A stretch of 64,000 nucleotides of DNA from a virus. Shown in pieces: positions 9,801 to 19,800 of the stretch. The notes under the pieces are model-generated. The model searched no databases, had not been told where the DNA came from, and saw nothing but the letters and a program-made list of their open reading frames with translations. The stretch is from positions 96,001 through 160,000 of the IMG/VR virus record IMGVR_UViG_3300008117_000025; one strand, given 5' to 3'. Both the position numbers and the translations under genes were made by a program. How positions within the stretch are numbered: position 1 is the stretch's first letter; each line of letters begins with the position of its first letter.

Positions 9801-12089
9801 ACTGTAGGTAATACCGTTGTAGCTGGTGAAGGCGCCGCCGAAGATGAGTTTGTTTGTGTATGTTGTACCAGTAATAGTATATTCTTCGGTGCATGCTACT
9901 GTAACGGGAACTGGTGTTGCTCCACCAAAAGCTAAAGCAGCATTTTGGGTACCGGCTCCTGCTAATGAACTTCTAGCAGTAATTAAAGTACCTTTTGCTG
10001 TCCATGAAGTTCCGTTGTATTCTTCTGTGCATCTGAATGTTAAACTTATAGTACTTCCACCAAAAGCTAATGCTTCGTTTTGTGTCCCAGCACCTGCTAA
10101 GCCTGCTCTGGCAACGATTAGTGTTCCTCCGGCTGCCCAAGTAGATCCGTTATATTCTTCTGTGCATCCTATTCGGATTCCTAGTGTATCTATTCCTCCA
10201 AAGACTAAAGCTGCATCTTGAGTGTCGGCACCTACTAGGCCAGATCTAGCAGTAATTAAAGTACCTCCTACTGTCCATGAAGTACCGTTGTATTCTTCTG
10301 TGCATGCGGTATTGGTAGGAGATACAAATCCACCAATAGCTAAAGCGGCGTTTTGTGTACCTGCCCCTGCTAAACCATTTCTAGCAGTAATTAAAGTACC
10401 ACCTGTTGCCCATGAAGTACCATCATATTCTTCTGTACAGGACAAACTTGTTGGATTATTTCCACCAAATGCTAATCCTGCATTTTGAGTACCGGTGCCT
10501 GCTAAGCTTGATCTGGCAACGATTAGTGTTCCTTCGGCTGCCCAAGTAGATCCATTATATTCTTCTGTACATGTTACATCTGCTGGGTTTGATCCTCCAA
10601 AAGCTAATGCTTCGTTTTGTGTCCCAGCACCTGCTAAGCCTGCTCTGGCAACGATTAGTGTTCCTCCGGCTGCCCAAGTGGCACCACCAACATATCCACC
10701 AGCAACATCTTGTACAATTATAGTACATACAGTATTATCAAAACCAGTACCTACATTAAATGATGGATCTTCAGTACCGTCTGGGTTAAGGCGAATAGCA
10801 CCATTAGGTATAGTGCCTACTGCTATGATTTTGTCTGAGATGCAAGTGGATGTTGTTGTGGCTGTGTATTCTTCTGTGCATGCGGTATTGGTAGAAGATA
10901 CAAATCCACCAATAGCTAAAGCTGCATTTTGAATACCAGCTCCAATATTAGCAGATCTAGCAGTGTTAAAAGTAACACTTATTGTTGACCAAGTAGTACC
11001 ATTATATTCTTCTGTGCATGTAGCAGGGGCTGTGCCGCCAAAGGCTAAAGCTTCATTTTGAGTACCAGCTGCCGCTACAATTCTAGCAGTATTCAAAGCA
11101 CCACCAGTTGACCAAGAAATACCATTATATTCTTCTGTACATGTTCTTGCGATTGGTGTTCCACCACCGATAGATAAGGCTGCATTTTGGGTTCCTGTAC
11201 CTGTTGCAGAATTTCTAAATGAATTAATTATGCTACCACCAGTAGTCCAAGAAGTACCATTATATTCTTCTGAAAGTCCTGGTGAGCTAGCAAGAATACT
11301 TAATCCAGCATTTTGGGTGCCTGTTCCTGCTGCATCATATTTAGCAATAGTCATTGCTCCTCCAGCTGCCCAAGTAGATCCATTATATTCTTCCGTAATA
11401 GTTTGTTGTGTAACTGCTGGGAGTGTAGTAGTTCCTCCTGCAGCTAAGGCTGCATTTTGGCTGCCAGCTCCTCCTATATATGATCTAGCAGTAATTAAGT
11501 TACCTCCTGCAGACCATGCAGATCCATTATATTCTTCAGTTAGATTACAAACAACCGAGCTGAGATCGCCTCCAAAAATTAAAGCTGCATTTTGAGTACC
11601 AGCGGATGTAAGATCTGCTCTAACATTAATAAATGCTCCTCCTACACTCCACACTCCGCTTCCACTATAATAAGACCCAGTTACATTAGGTTGTATAGCT
11701 AATTTAAAAACGGAGCCATCAACTAATCTATAATTAGGAATAAAACTAGTATCTAAAGTTCCATCTGTATGTAAACGAACAATATTAGGAGCATCTTGTC
11801 CATTATAAGTAGTAAAAGCACCACCAACCAATATTTTACCATCTGATTGTGATACTATTGAATATGCTGTATTATTAAAGCCTGTACCCTGCTGAAAGTT
11901 ATAGTTAATAGCGTTATCCCTTACACTAGTAACAAAGTTTGTTGCTGTACCTGCTGCTGAGTTATCTGCTGCAATAAACAATACTGCCAAATCACCAGAC
12001 CGTATAGCTTGTGAAGAAGTAAATGCAAGCGTTGTACCTGCAATTTTATTGTTAGTTGCTGCAAAGGATCCTGAACTTACTATTGCCAT
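6891..12089 (-). CDS. 1732-aa tail fibre/receptor-binding protein with 24 Kelch-like repeats and 7 delta-60-like repeats
   Basis: Four blocks of six WxxGGxLIxARxxLAGAGTQNAALAFGG...CTEEY repeats interleaved with DGKILVGGAFTTYNG...RLxxDGTLDTSF-type repeats; located in the fibre cluster. Confidence 0.8.
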   Translation of the reverse strand: MAIVSSGSFAATNNKIAGTTLAFTSSQAIRSGDLAVLFIAADNSAAGTATNFVTSVRDNAINYNFQQGTGFNNTAYSIVSQSDGKILVGGAFTTYNGQDAPNIVRLHTDGTLDTSFIPNYRLVDGSVFKLAIQPNVTGSYYSGSGVWSVGGAFINVRADLTSAGTQNAALIFGGDLSSVVCNLTEEYNGSAWSAGGNLITARSYIGGAGSQNAALAAGGTTTLPAVTQQTITEEYNGSTWAAGGAMTIAKYDAAGTGTQNAGLSILASSPGLSEEYNGTSWTTGGSIINSFRNSATGTGTQNAALSIGGGTPIARTCTEEYNGISWSTGGALNTARIVAAAGTQNEALAFGGTAPATCTEEYNGTTWSTISVTFNTARSANIGAGIQNAALAIGGFVSSTNTACTEEYTATTTSTCISDKIIAVGTIPNGAIRLNPDGTEDPSFNVGTGFDNTVCTIIVQDVAGGYVGGATWAAGGTLIVARAGLAGAGTQNEALAFGGSNPADVTCTEEYNGSTWAAEGTLIVARSSLAGTGTQNAGLAFGGNNPTSLSCTEEYDGTSWATGGTLITARNGLAGAGTQNAALAIGGFVSPTNTACTEEYNGTSWTVGGTLITARSGLVGADTQDAALVFGGIDTLGIRIGCTEEYNGSTWAAGGTLIVARAGLAGAGTQNEALAFGGSTISLTFRCTEEYNGTSWTAKGTLITARSSLAGAGTQNAALAFGGATPVPVTVACTEEYTITGTTYTNKLIFGGAFTSYNGITYSGSARIDGGGAIDTSFNIGDGFSPVDVRCYQFYNGGAWIAGGALITARDNLAGAGTQNEALAFGGDCTGFPSVAVSCTEEYNGSIWTAGGALINARDNLAGAGTQNAGLAFGGQTPTTVSCTEEYDGSTWTAGGNLIVSRFASAGAGTQNAGLAIGGFTPAGSSVEEYNGSIWTTGGNLITAMGYLGGVGTQNEALAFGGFSQVGPTIRLSCTEEYNGTSWIAGGTMACARTDLGGAGTQNAALAFGGSSQTPITQFSTERYDGTSWVNGNNLITYRFSLAGVGTQNTALAVGGGFSGVLTCTEEYNSPSLFAVGNFTSVSGSTRNRIALLNALTGDLISTSSFNIGSAGFNAAANSIAVLPDNSIVAVGAFTAYSGSNINRIVKINTDGTLDTAFSASIGAGLNNTGSVVVNYPSSGVDVWTAGGALITAREVAAGTGTQDAALTAGGGPGVPAGNLAEEYNGSTWSSGGNLITSRYWLVGMGTQNAALVAGGLLVGPNTATGISEEYNGSTWASGGTMATARALMGRAGIQNAALVMGGGIGAPAPACINNTEEYDGSTWTAGGNLIVARQYLNGDGTQNAAVAFGGFVSVAVSCTEEYDGTSWATGGTLITARNSLAGAGTQNAALAVGGGDAISPSLSCTEEYDGSTWTAGGALITGRIQLAGAGTQDAGLAFGGGTPTIVSCTEEYFSSEDTLLIGGTFTQFSGSTFSGSVRLSLSGSRDTTFNIGSGFGAAVDVEDYYIHSDDDIIAVGGFTTYSASFSPQPNRIIKLNSNGSVDAAGIGNTWSKISERSSNDAAGAGSTLALFYLTASYDIPAGTAITASFTASITAKAATGWRFVTDQRAIAYTGSVTSSAAGGTSQPLRINLANLTSGSGNYLFIRGVAFENTNTTTFTPTANYTTISADGTTGGAVITNQSVRGEFRILTTASYFSNPTLGAASSQASIFWTFYESAAAARGRTYFILLD

Positions 12090-12102
12090 AACTTGTTTAT
12101 AA

Positions 12103-13818
12103 TTATTTTATAAAATCAACTTGCACACCTATTTCTGTTAGAGAACCAGTAAAGTTTACTATATTAAAATATAATGTATCTCCTATATTAAAATTTGTAT
12201 TTTGTAATGTTGAGCTTGATACCCAAGATCCAGTTATGTTAACGGAAAGGTTTGAAGCTAACAAAGTAGTTGCAGCAGTATTTTTAAATGCATTTACTAC
12301 TAAACCAGATCCACTATCTCTAAATCCTGCTACTAAACTAGCTGTGCAGGTAAATGGAGCTCTCCATCCTACAAATGAGCCTGTATCGGATTGAGCAACA
12401 AGGCTATTATTAATTATGACAATTGATTTAGAGAAGCTAGTAAAACCAGCACTTATACCACTGGTACCACTACTTCCTGTTTGACCACTAGTGCCGCTTG
12501 AGCCTGATGTAATACCAGGAGCGGATGTGCCTGAGGTGCCACTTGAGCCTGTTTGACCGCTTGTACCGCTTGAGCCTGTTTGACCTGAGGTGCCGCTTGA
12601 CCCTCGTGTGCCACTAGTGCCGCTTGATCCGCTTGTTCCGCTTGAACCATTTTGACCAGAAGTACCACTTGAGCCAGTTTGACCAGAAGTACCGCTTGAA
12701 CCTGTTTGACCGCTTGTACCACTTGAACCGGTTTGACCTGAAGTACCGCTTGAACCTGTTTGACCACTTGTGCCGCTTGAGCCTGTTTGGCCTGAAGTGC
12801 CGCTTGAGCCAGTTTGACCGCTAGTACCACTACTGCCTGTTTGACCACTTGTGCCACTCGAGCCAGTTTGACCGGAGGTACCGCTTGAACCTGTTTGACC
12901 GGAGGTACCGCTTGAACCTGTTTGACCTGAGGTGCCGCTTGAGCCATTTTGGCCTGAAGTACCGCTTGAGCCGTTTTGGCCACTAGTACCACTTGAGCCT
13001 GTTTGACCAGAAGTGCCACTTGAACCGTTTTGGCCGCTAGTACCGCTAGAACCTGTTTGACCGCTTGTGCCGCTTGAGCCATTTTGGCCTGAGGTGCCGC
13101 TTGAACCATTTTGACCAGAAGTGCCACTTGAGCCTGTTTGACCACTAGTACCACTAGAGCCATTCTGACCTGAGGTGCCACTTGAGCCTGTTTGGCCGGA
13201 GGTGCCACTTGAGCCTGTTTGGCCGGAGGTGCCACTTGAGCCTGTTTGGCCGGAGGTGCCACTTGAACCGTTTTGGCCGCTAGTGCCGCTTGAACCGTTT
13301 TGGCCTGAGGTACCGCTAGAGCCTGTTTGGCCGCTTGTGCCGCTTGAACCATTCTGGCCTGAGGTGCCACTTGAGCCTGTTTGGCCGGAGGTGCCACTTG
13401 AACCGTTTTGGCCGCTAGTGCCGCTTGAACCTGTTTGGCCGCTTGTGCCACTTGAGCCTGTTTGACCTGAGGTGCCGCTTGACCCCCGTGTGCCACTAGT
13501 GCCGCTTGAACCGCTAGTACCACTTGAACCATTTTGGCCTGATGTGCCAGAAGAGCCTGCAGTACCACTAGTTCCACTAGTAGCAGCTGTATATGAAGTT
13601 CCGTTTATATTGAGAGAACCAGTTATGTTTACTGAGCCCGTAAATTGATGTGTGTTACTTGATAGGCTACCAAAGCGAGTAGATCCTGTTACAAAATCAA
13701 TAGATGAAGTTATTGTTTGTACATTAAGTGTTTGAGCAGTAATTGTATTAGTTACAACTACACTACCTGTAACACTTAAATCGTTAAAACTACCCGAATC
13801 TGTATAAAATATTGGCAT
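12103..13818 (-). CDS. Collagen-like (Gly-X-Y) fibre protein
   Basis: About 370 aa with Gly at every third residue (GTSGQTGSS/GTSGQNGSS) between short N- and C-terminal domains. Confidence 0.8.
   Translation of the reverse strand: MPIFYTDSGSFNDLSVTGSVVVTNTITAQTLNVQTITSSIDFVTGSTRFGSLSSNTHQFTGSVNITGSLNINGTSYTAATSGTSGTAGSSGTSGQNGSSGTSGSSGTSGTRGSSGTSGQTGSSGTSGQTGSSGTSGQNGSSGTSGQTGSSGTSGQNGSSGTSGQTGSSGTSGQNGSSGTSGQNGSSGTSGQTGSSGTSGQTGSSGTSGQTGSSGTSGQNGSSGTSGQTGSSGTSGQNGSSGTSGQNGSSGTSGQTGSSGTSGQNGSSGTSGQTGSSGTSGQNGSSGTSGQNGSSGTSGQTGSSGTSGQTGSSGTSGQTGSSGTSGQTGSSGTSGQTGSSGTSGQTGSSGTSGQTGSSGTSGQTGSSGTSGQTGSSGTSGQTGSSGTSGQNGSSGTSGSSGTSGTRGSSGTSGQTGSSGTSGQTGSSGTSGTSAPGITSGSSGTSGQTGSSGTSGISAGFTSFSKSIVIINNSLVAQSDTGSFVGWRAPFTCTASLVAGFRDSGSGLVVNAFKNTAATTLLASNLSVNITGSWVSSSTLQNTNFNIGDTLYFNIVNFTGSLTEIGVQVDFIK
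12460..13585. repeat. Coding tandem repeat of 27-nt units (about 30) with variable synonymous sites
   Basis: Units such as gaggtgccacttgagcctgtttggccg; no unique spacers. Confidence 0.9.
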
Positions 13819-13825
13819 GATCTAA

Positions 13826-13833
13826 TATAAATA
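13826..13833 (-). promoter_or_regulatory. Putative late-promoter motif TATTTATA
   Basis: 7 nt before the ATG at 13818. Confidence 0.5.
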
Positions 13834-13834
13834 T

Positions 13835-16800
13835 TTAATTAGTTTCCCCATATGCTGTTGCTATCCAATATGTTGTTCCTGCTAATCCTACATTACTATT
13901 TGCATTTATAACAAAGCTACCAGATACTTTACTTTCTACAGTCCATGTTCTTGAATCTTCGCCTGTTATAACTACAGCATAGTTTGCATCAGCAAAAGCT
14001 GCAGCAAAAGTTATAGTTGATTTTCTAGGATTACCAGCAAAGGATCCTGCAGCTACTGATCCTGCTTTTGTTTTTAATCCAGAAACACCAGCATTTAAAG
14101 CATAAGAAGCAGTTGTTGCAAACGAAGCAGTACCTAATAATGAACCTGTAAAGTTAGTAGCAATTATTGAACTAGTTACATTCAAAATACCACCCGTAAA
14201 GCTCATACTTACAGATGCTGTTGCTGCATTAACTGTACCGTCTGATAATAGTATTCTTCCTGTAGCAGGACTATTAATTGTATTAAAACCAGTACCAGCA
14301 GTACCTGAGGAGCCACTTGTACCAGTAGAGCCTGATGTGCCACTAGAACCAGAAGTGCCAGATGAACCTGAAGTACCACTAGAGCCGCTTGTACCACTGG
14401 TGCCACTTGAGCCACTTGTGCCACTTGTGCCACTTGAGCCGTTTTGGCCTGAGGTCCCACTTGAGCCGCTTGTGCCAGACGATCCATTTTGACCACTAGT
14501 GCCACTAGATCCACTTGTACCACTTGAACCACTAGTACCTGATGAGCCAGATGTACCTGCTGTGCCTGAAGTACCAGTAGTTCCTGAAGTACCGCTTGTA
14601 CCTGTAGTACCTGATGTGCCACTAGTTCCACTAGTTCCTGAAGTAGCAGCTGTATAGGAAGTTCCGTTTATTGTAAGAGAACCTGATATATCTAAGCTGC
14701 CGCTTACTATAAAATTATTTGAAAATGAAGATGTTGCAGCATAGGATGCAGATGCAGGAATACCATTTACCCACAAACCAGCATTATAAACTAATGCTTG
14801 TCCTGTTGAAGGAGAAGAAATAGTTACATCACCTAAATCATTTAAGTTTGTTACTGCAGCACCACCACCACCTGAGGATCCGGCTGTGTTTCTGAATAGG
14901 CCAGCTTGGATTATTTTATTATTTGCTGTATCAGATAAATCAGTTGTATCACCTTTAGCAATAATGTAACCAATAAACGGTAATGCTAATTGACTAGTTG
15001 GTGATTCAACAAATTCTTCTGTTGTAATACTTTGAAGTGCTGTTGAAAGATTGTCATAAACATTTTGACCATAATAGACATATGATAAATTATTAACAAC
15101 ACCCTGGAATACTCTTTGTATTGTCCATTGACTTGCACTTACTGTTTGAAGTGTACCAGATCCATTGTCGTATTTAGTAGGATCAATAACTGTATAAGGA
15201 ACACCAGCATTAGTTGCAGCTCTATATCCCCCTGTTACTCCTGGATCTCTGTATACCCTAACTAAACTACCAGTAGCAATAGTAGTAGAATCATAAATTG
15301 AAGGTGAAGTTGGATTTTGACTATAAAAACCACCATAGCGATATGCTTGTCCAGAAGCAATACTAATTCTTAAACTGCTTGTTTGTGGAGTAATATCAAA
15401 TCCACTTATTTTTAATGGACCAAATGCTCTAACAAACTGATTTGATTGTTCTGATTGGCCATATGTTGTTACACGAGCATCAGCAAATGAACTAATACTT
15501 GATGTTGTTAAATTAAATATATAACCTAATGGGAATTGTTCATTATATTGTTGAGGAGTAAATGGAGAAGTTTGTTGTATTAAACTACCATTTGAATCAA
15601 TTAATAGATAAGTTACTTGAGATGAAGTTATATATTGAGCACTAGCTGTTATAGGGCCAAATTGAACATAGGTTGGATTTGTACTATTGTGTGAGCTGGT
15701 AATAGCATTGTGATCTATAATTAGACCAGCACCTGGTGTGACATAAAGTATAGAGCCGGAGAATGTGGTAACGCCACCCCAAACAATACCAGTATCAGTT
15801 CTTTCTTCTAACCAGTGTGTTTCCCAAAGAGCACTATTGTTTCTATAATGTAAATTTGGTATAGTATCATCTAAAGAAGAAGTTACAAAGAAATAAGATG
15901 AAGATACATTTGATCCACCTGGGTCAGTTCCAGGTTTTAATTCTAAATAGTTTCTAATTGCAAATATATTTGCAGAAGAAGCTGTTGAAGCAAAACTAGC
16001 TGTTGTTGCTGTAGCAGCATTACCACTTATAGATGCACTAATATATGATTCATTCTCCCATTTAGTAGAAGTAGAATTATATACTAATGCTTGACCGTCT
16101 GTAGGTCCTGATATCATTACATCAGATAAATCTACTAAACGAGTAGTTATTACTGATCCACCACCACCTGATCCTCCTACTGATCTAAATAGACCTCCAG
16201 GTACGATCGTGAAGTCATTAGCATTTGTAAATACACCACTTCCGTTAATTATAACAGCACCTAGATAAATTGCATTAGCAGCTGTATTAGGAGCTTCTAC
16301 GAATGGTTCTATGTTTATATTTGCAATAGCTTCAGATTCTGAACCGTAATAAGCATTACCATAATAAACAACTATTGCTTTAGCTACACTATTAGGAAAC
16401 CAGAATACTCTTTGAATAGTCCAGTTTAAATTTGCAGGTGGAGGTACTGCTGTTAATGTACCATTATTAGAATATTGTGTAGGGTCAATTGATGTAAATC
16501 CAGCTCCTCCGTTAGTTTGATAAACCCAAGTAGATCCTGATTGATAATATCTGTATATTTTAGAAATACTAGTTCCTGAGTCAACAGCATATGATGGTTC
16601 GTTTGGATCTATAGTATAATTAGATCCTGGAGAATAAGCGGTACCACTACCTACTACTAAACCACCTGTAGAAGATCCACTAGGTGTTAAAGTAAATCCT
16701 GATAATTTTAATGGACCAAACGCTCTATTGAATATATTTTGTGATTGTTCAAAACCATATGCTACAGAAGGCTGTGTTTTGACAGCATTAATTGTAGATC

Positions 16801-19800
16801 CATTTTGAAATAATACAACACCTATATTAATTAATGTATCAAACTGTCCATTACTAAAAGGAGTTCCTTGTTGGAAGATATTACCAGTCGAATCAACAGC
16901 AACAAAAGCTTGTTGGTAAGATGCTGTTAAAGGAGCAATACTAGCTGATAAATTGCCCCAGTTAAGGTATTGAATTGTTGGGTAAGGATTATCATTTAAA
17001 CTTGCATTTAAATCAACAATAATACCACTACCACTACTAATATTATATGTAGTAGATCCTGTAGCAGCTGTTATTACACCACCATTTAATAATCCAGTAT
17101 ATAAATTACCTTCTAACCAACGTAAACGAGTTGTATTAGAATATCCTCCTCCATTCTGAGAAAAATATAAGTCATTTGTAGATCCACTTACATAAATGTA
17201 AGAGGCAGATATTGAAGTATCTATATTTGTTGTTACAGGATCAAATCTATGATAACCTGATTGCCTAATATCACCATATATTTGTACTGATGCTGTTGCA
17301 GCTCCCGGTCCACTAGATCCAGAAATAGTAATACTACCTGATAATGAAGTATTTCCAAGTAATATATTGTTACCTATTTGGGTAGTAGAACCACTTACTA
17401 GGAAACTGCCTGTTATAGTTTGAATACCAATAAAAGTATTTGAACCGCTTGTATTTAATGAACCAGTTAATTTATAAGAGCCAATTAATTCTTTAGAATT
17501 AACCCAAACACTACCACTCTTTATAAATAAATCACCATATGATGAAGTAGTTGTACTATCAACTACATCATGTAATTCTCCTAATTCATATCCATTATCA
17601 ATCTTAATGTAGATTGAACCTACATTATTATCTATTCTTTCAGCATATCCTAATCTTACACCATGAAGTGGTGCTACAGGAGGAGTTTGAGTGAATTGAC
17701 CCGCTGAGCTACTTAAAAATATTAATTGACCTCCTACTAATCCTGTTGTATTTAATCCTCTTAAAGTACCTTCTGTTTGTACCCAACCTTCATCACCAGC
17801 GTTAATTGTTTCAGCAATAAAACCTAATGTATTAGCTGAACCTTGTTCAGCAGTTGCTGAAGCTAATTTAACAGCTATTCTATTACCTTGAGAGCCTGAA
17901 ATATATACTACTTGACCTTTAGTTAAGGTTCCACCACTATTATTGTAAACATATTGAAATAAATCTTCACCTATATTTAAAGTTACATTACCTCCAGCTA
18001 ATCCAAATTGTAAAGTACCTTCACCACTATCATATCCTAGTCTACCAAGAGCAGAAGCAAATGAAGCACTAGTATTAAAATCAATGTAATCTACATTAGT
18101 TATAGATCCTGATGTGTAATTTAATGAACCTGAAATATAAACAGATCCTGTTATATACAAAGCACTTCCACTATAAGTTAAATTAGCGGAAGCAGTTGCA
18201 GCATTTACACTACCGTCTGATAATAATATTCTGCCTACAGCAGGATCATATATTGTATTAAAGCCAGTGCCACTTGTGCCGCTAGAACCTGAAGTACCTG
18301 ATGAGCCAGAACTACCTGATGTTCCAGAAGAACCACTTGAACCTGATGTTCCAGATGAGCCACTTGTACCAGAGCTTCCTGATGTTCCTGAAGAACCAGA
18401 ACTACCACTTGTGCCTGAGCTTCCACTTGAACCTGAAGTTCCTGATGAGCCTGAACTTCCTGATGTACCACTTGAACCTGAACTACCACTTGTGCCTGAA
18501 GACCCAGAGGTACCGCTAGTTCCGGATGTACCAGAACTGCCGCTTGTACCAGAAGAACCACTTGTTCCTGAGGAGCCACTTGATCCTGCTGTACCACTTG
18601 TGCCTGAAGAGCCTGCGGTGCCGCTAGTTCCACTAGTAGCAGCTGTATATGAGGTTCCGTTTATAGTAAGGGAACCAGTTATATTTACTGATCCAGTAAA
18701 CTGATGGATATCACTTAATTCATCTCCAAATTTATTACTTCCACTGCTATATATAATAGAGGAAGTTATGTATTGTACATTTAAAGTTTGGGCAGTAATT
18801 GTATTAGTTACAGTTAAAGAACCACTAATAAAAGTACTACCAGTAATATTAAAATTACTATTACTATAAGTTAAATTGACAGAAGCCGTTGCTGCGTTAG
18901 CTGTACCATCTGAAAGTATTACTCTACCTTGAGAAGGAGAATTAATAGTATCAAAGCCTGTACCGCTTGTACCTGAACTTCCAGAAGAACCACTTGATCC
19001 ACTTGAACCTGATGTACCAGATGAACCTGAGGTACCACTAGATCCTGAAGAACCAGATGTACCTGAGCTGCCACTAGAGCCAGATGTTCCGGAGGAGCCG
19101 GAGCTTCCTGATGTGCCTGAAGAGCCAGAACTGCCTGAAGTTCCACTTGAACCCGAAGTACCTGATGATCCAGAGGTACCACTTGAACCACTAGAACCAC
19201 CAGTACCACTAGAGCCGCTTGTACCGGATGAACCAGAAGAACCTGCTGTACCGCTAGATCCTGCTGTACCACTTGTACCAGAAGAGCCTGCTGTACCACT
19301 AGTTCCACTAGTAGCAGCAGTATAAGAGGTACCATTTATAATTAAAGAACCAGTTATATCTACTGATCCGGTAAACTGGTGGGTATCTGTTAATAAAGAA
19401 CCAAATCTAGTTGATCCAGTTACATATTCAGTAGAAGATGTAATTGTTTGAGCGTGAATTGTTTGTGCTGTAAGAGTACCTCTTACTGTAAAATTATCTG
19501 CTGAAGAAGCGGTTGCTGCATTAGAAGCAGATATAATACTATTAGAACCATAAGGACCCCAAACATTAGCTCCTGTTATAAAAGATGCTGTTAATGCATT
19601 TTGTGCCCAACTAGAAGTACCATGTAAAGAACCAGTAATACCATTTAAAACAGTTAGTGAACCACTAATATTTAAAGAACCAGTTAATTCATGTTGATTA
19701 TTAGGATTTAATACTAATTTTTTATTTGCTTCTGTATCAGTACCACCAGCAAAAAACATTACTGGGTGGTTTGAGGCATTACCTATATGTAAGTGGTCTC

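Noticed and set aside
7914-10922. Diversity-generating retroelement (TR/VR pair) in the Kelch gene
   Set aside because: Near-identical segments are all in-frame coding, differ at only 0-1 positions, and no reverse transcriptase is in the window.
12460-13585. CRISPR array
   Set aside because: Contiguous in-frame coding repeats with no unique spacers and no cas genes; the 60152 nuclease is a common phage exonuclease type.
12453-19335. Alternative-frame minus ORFs (12453..13577, 14209..14631, 18235..18633, 18919..19335) and PLEP/PEVP plus ORFs
   Set aside because: Stop-free by-products of the 9/27-nt Gly-X-Y repeats.
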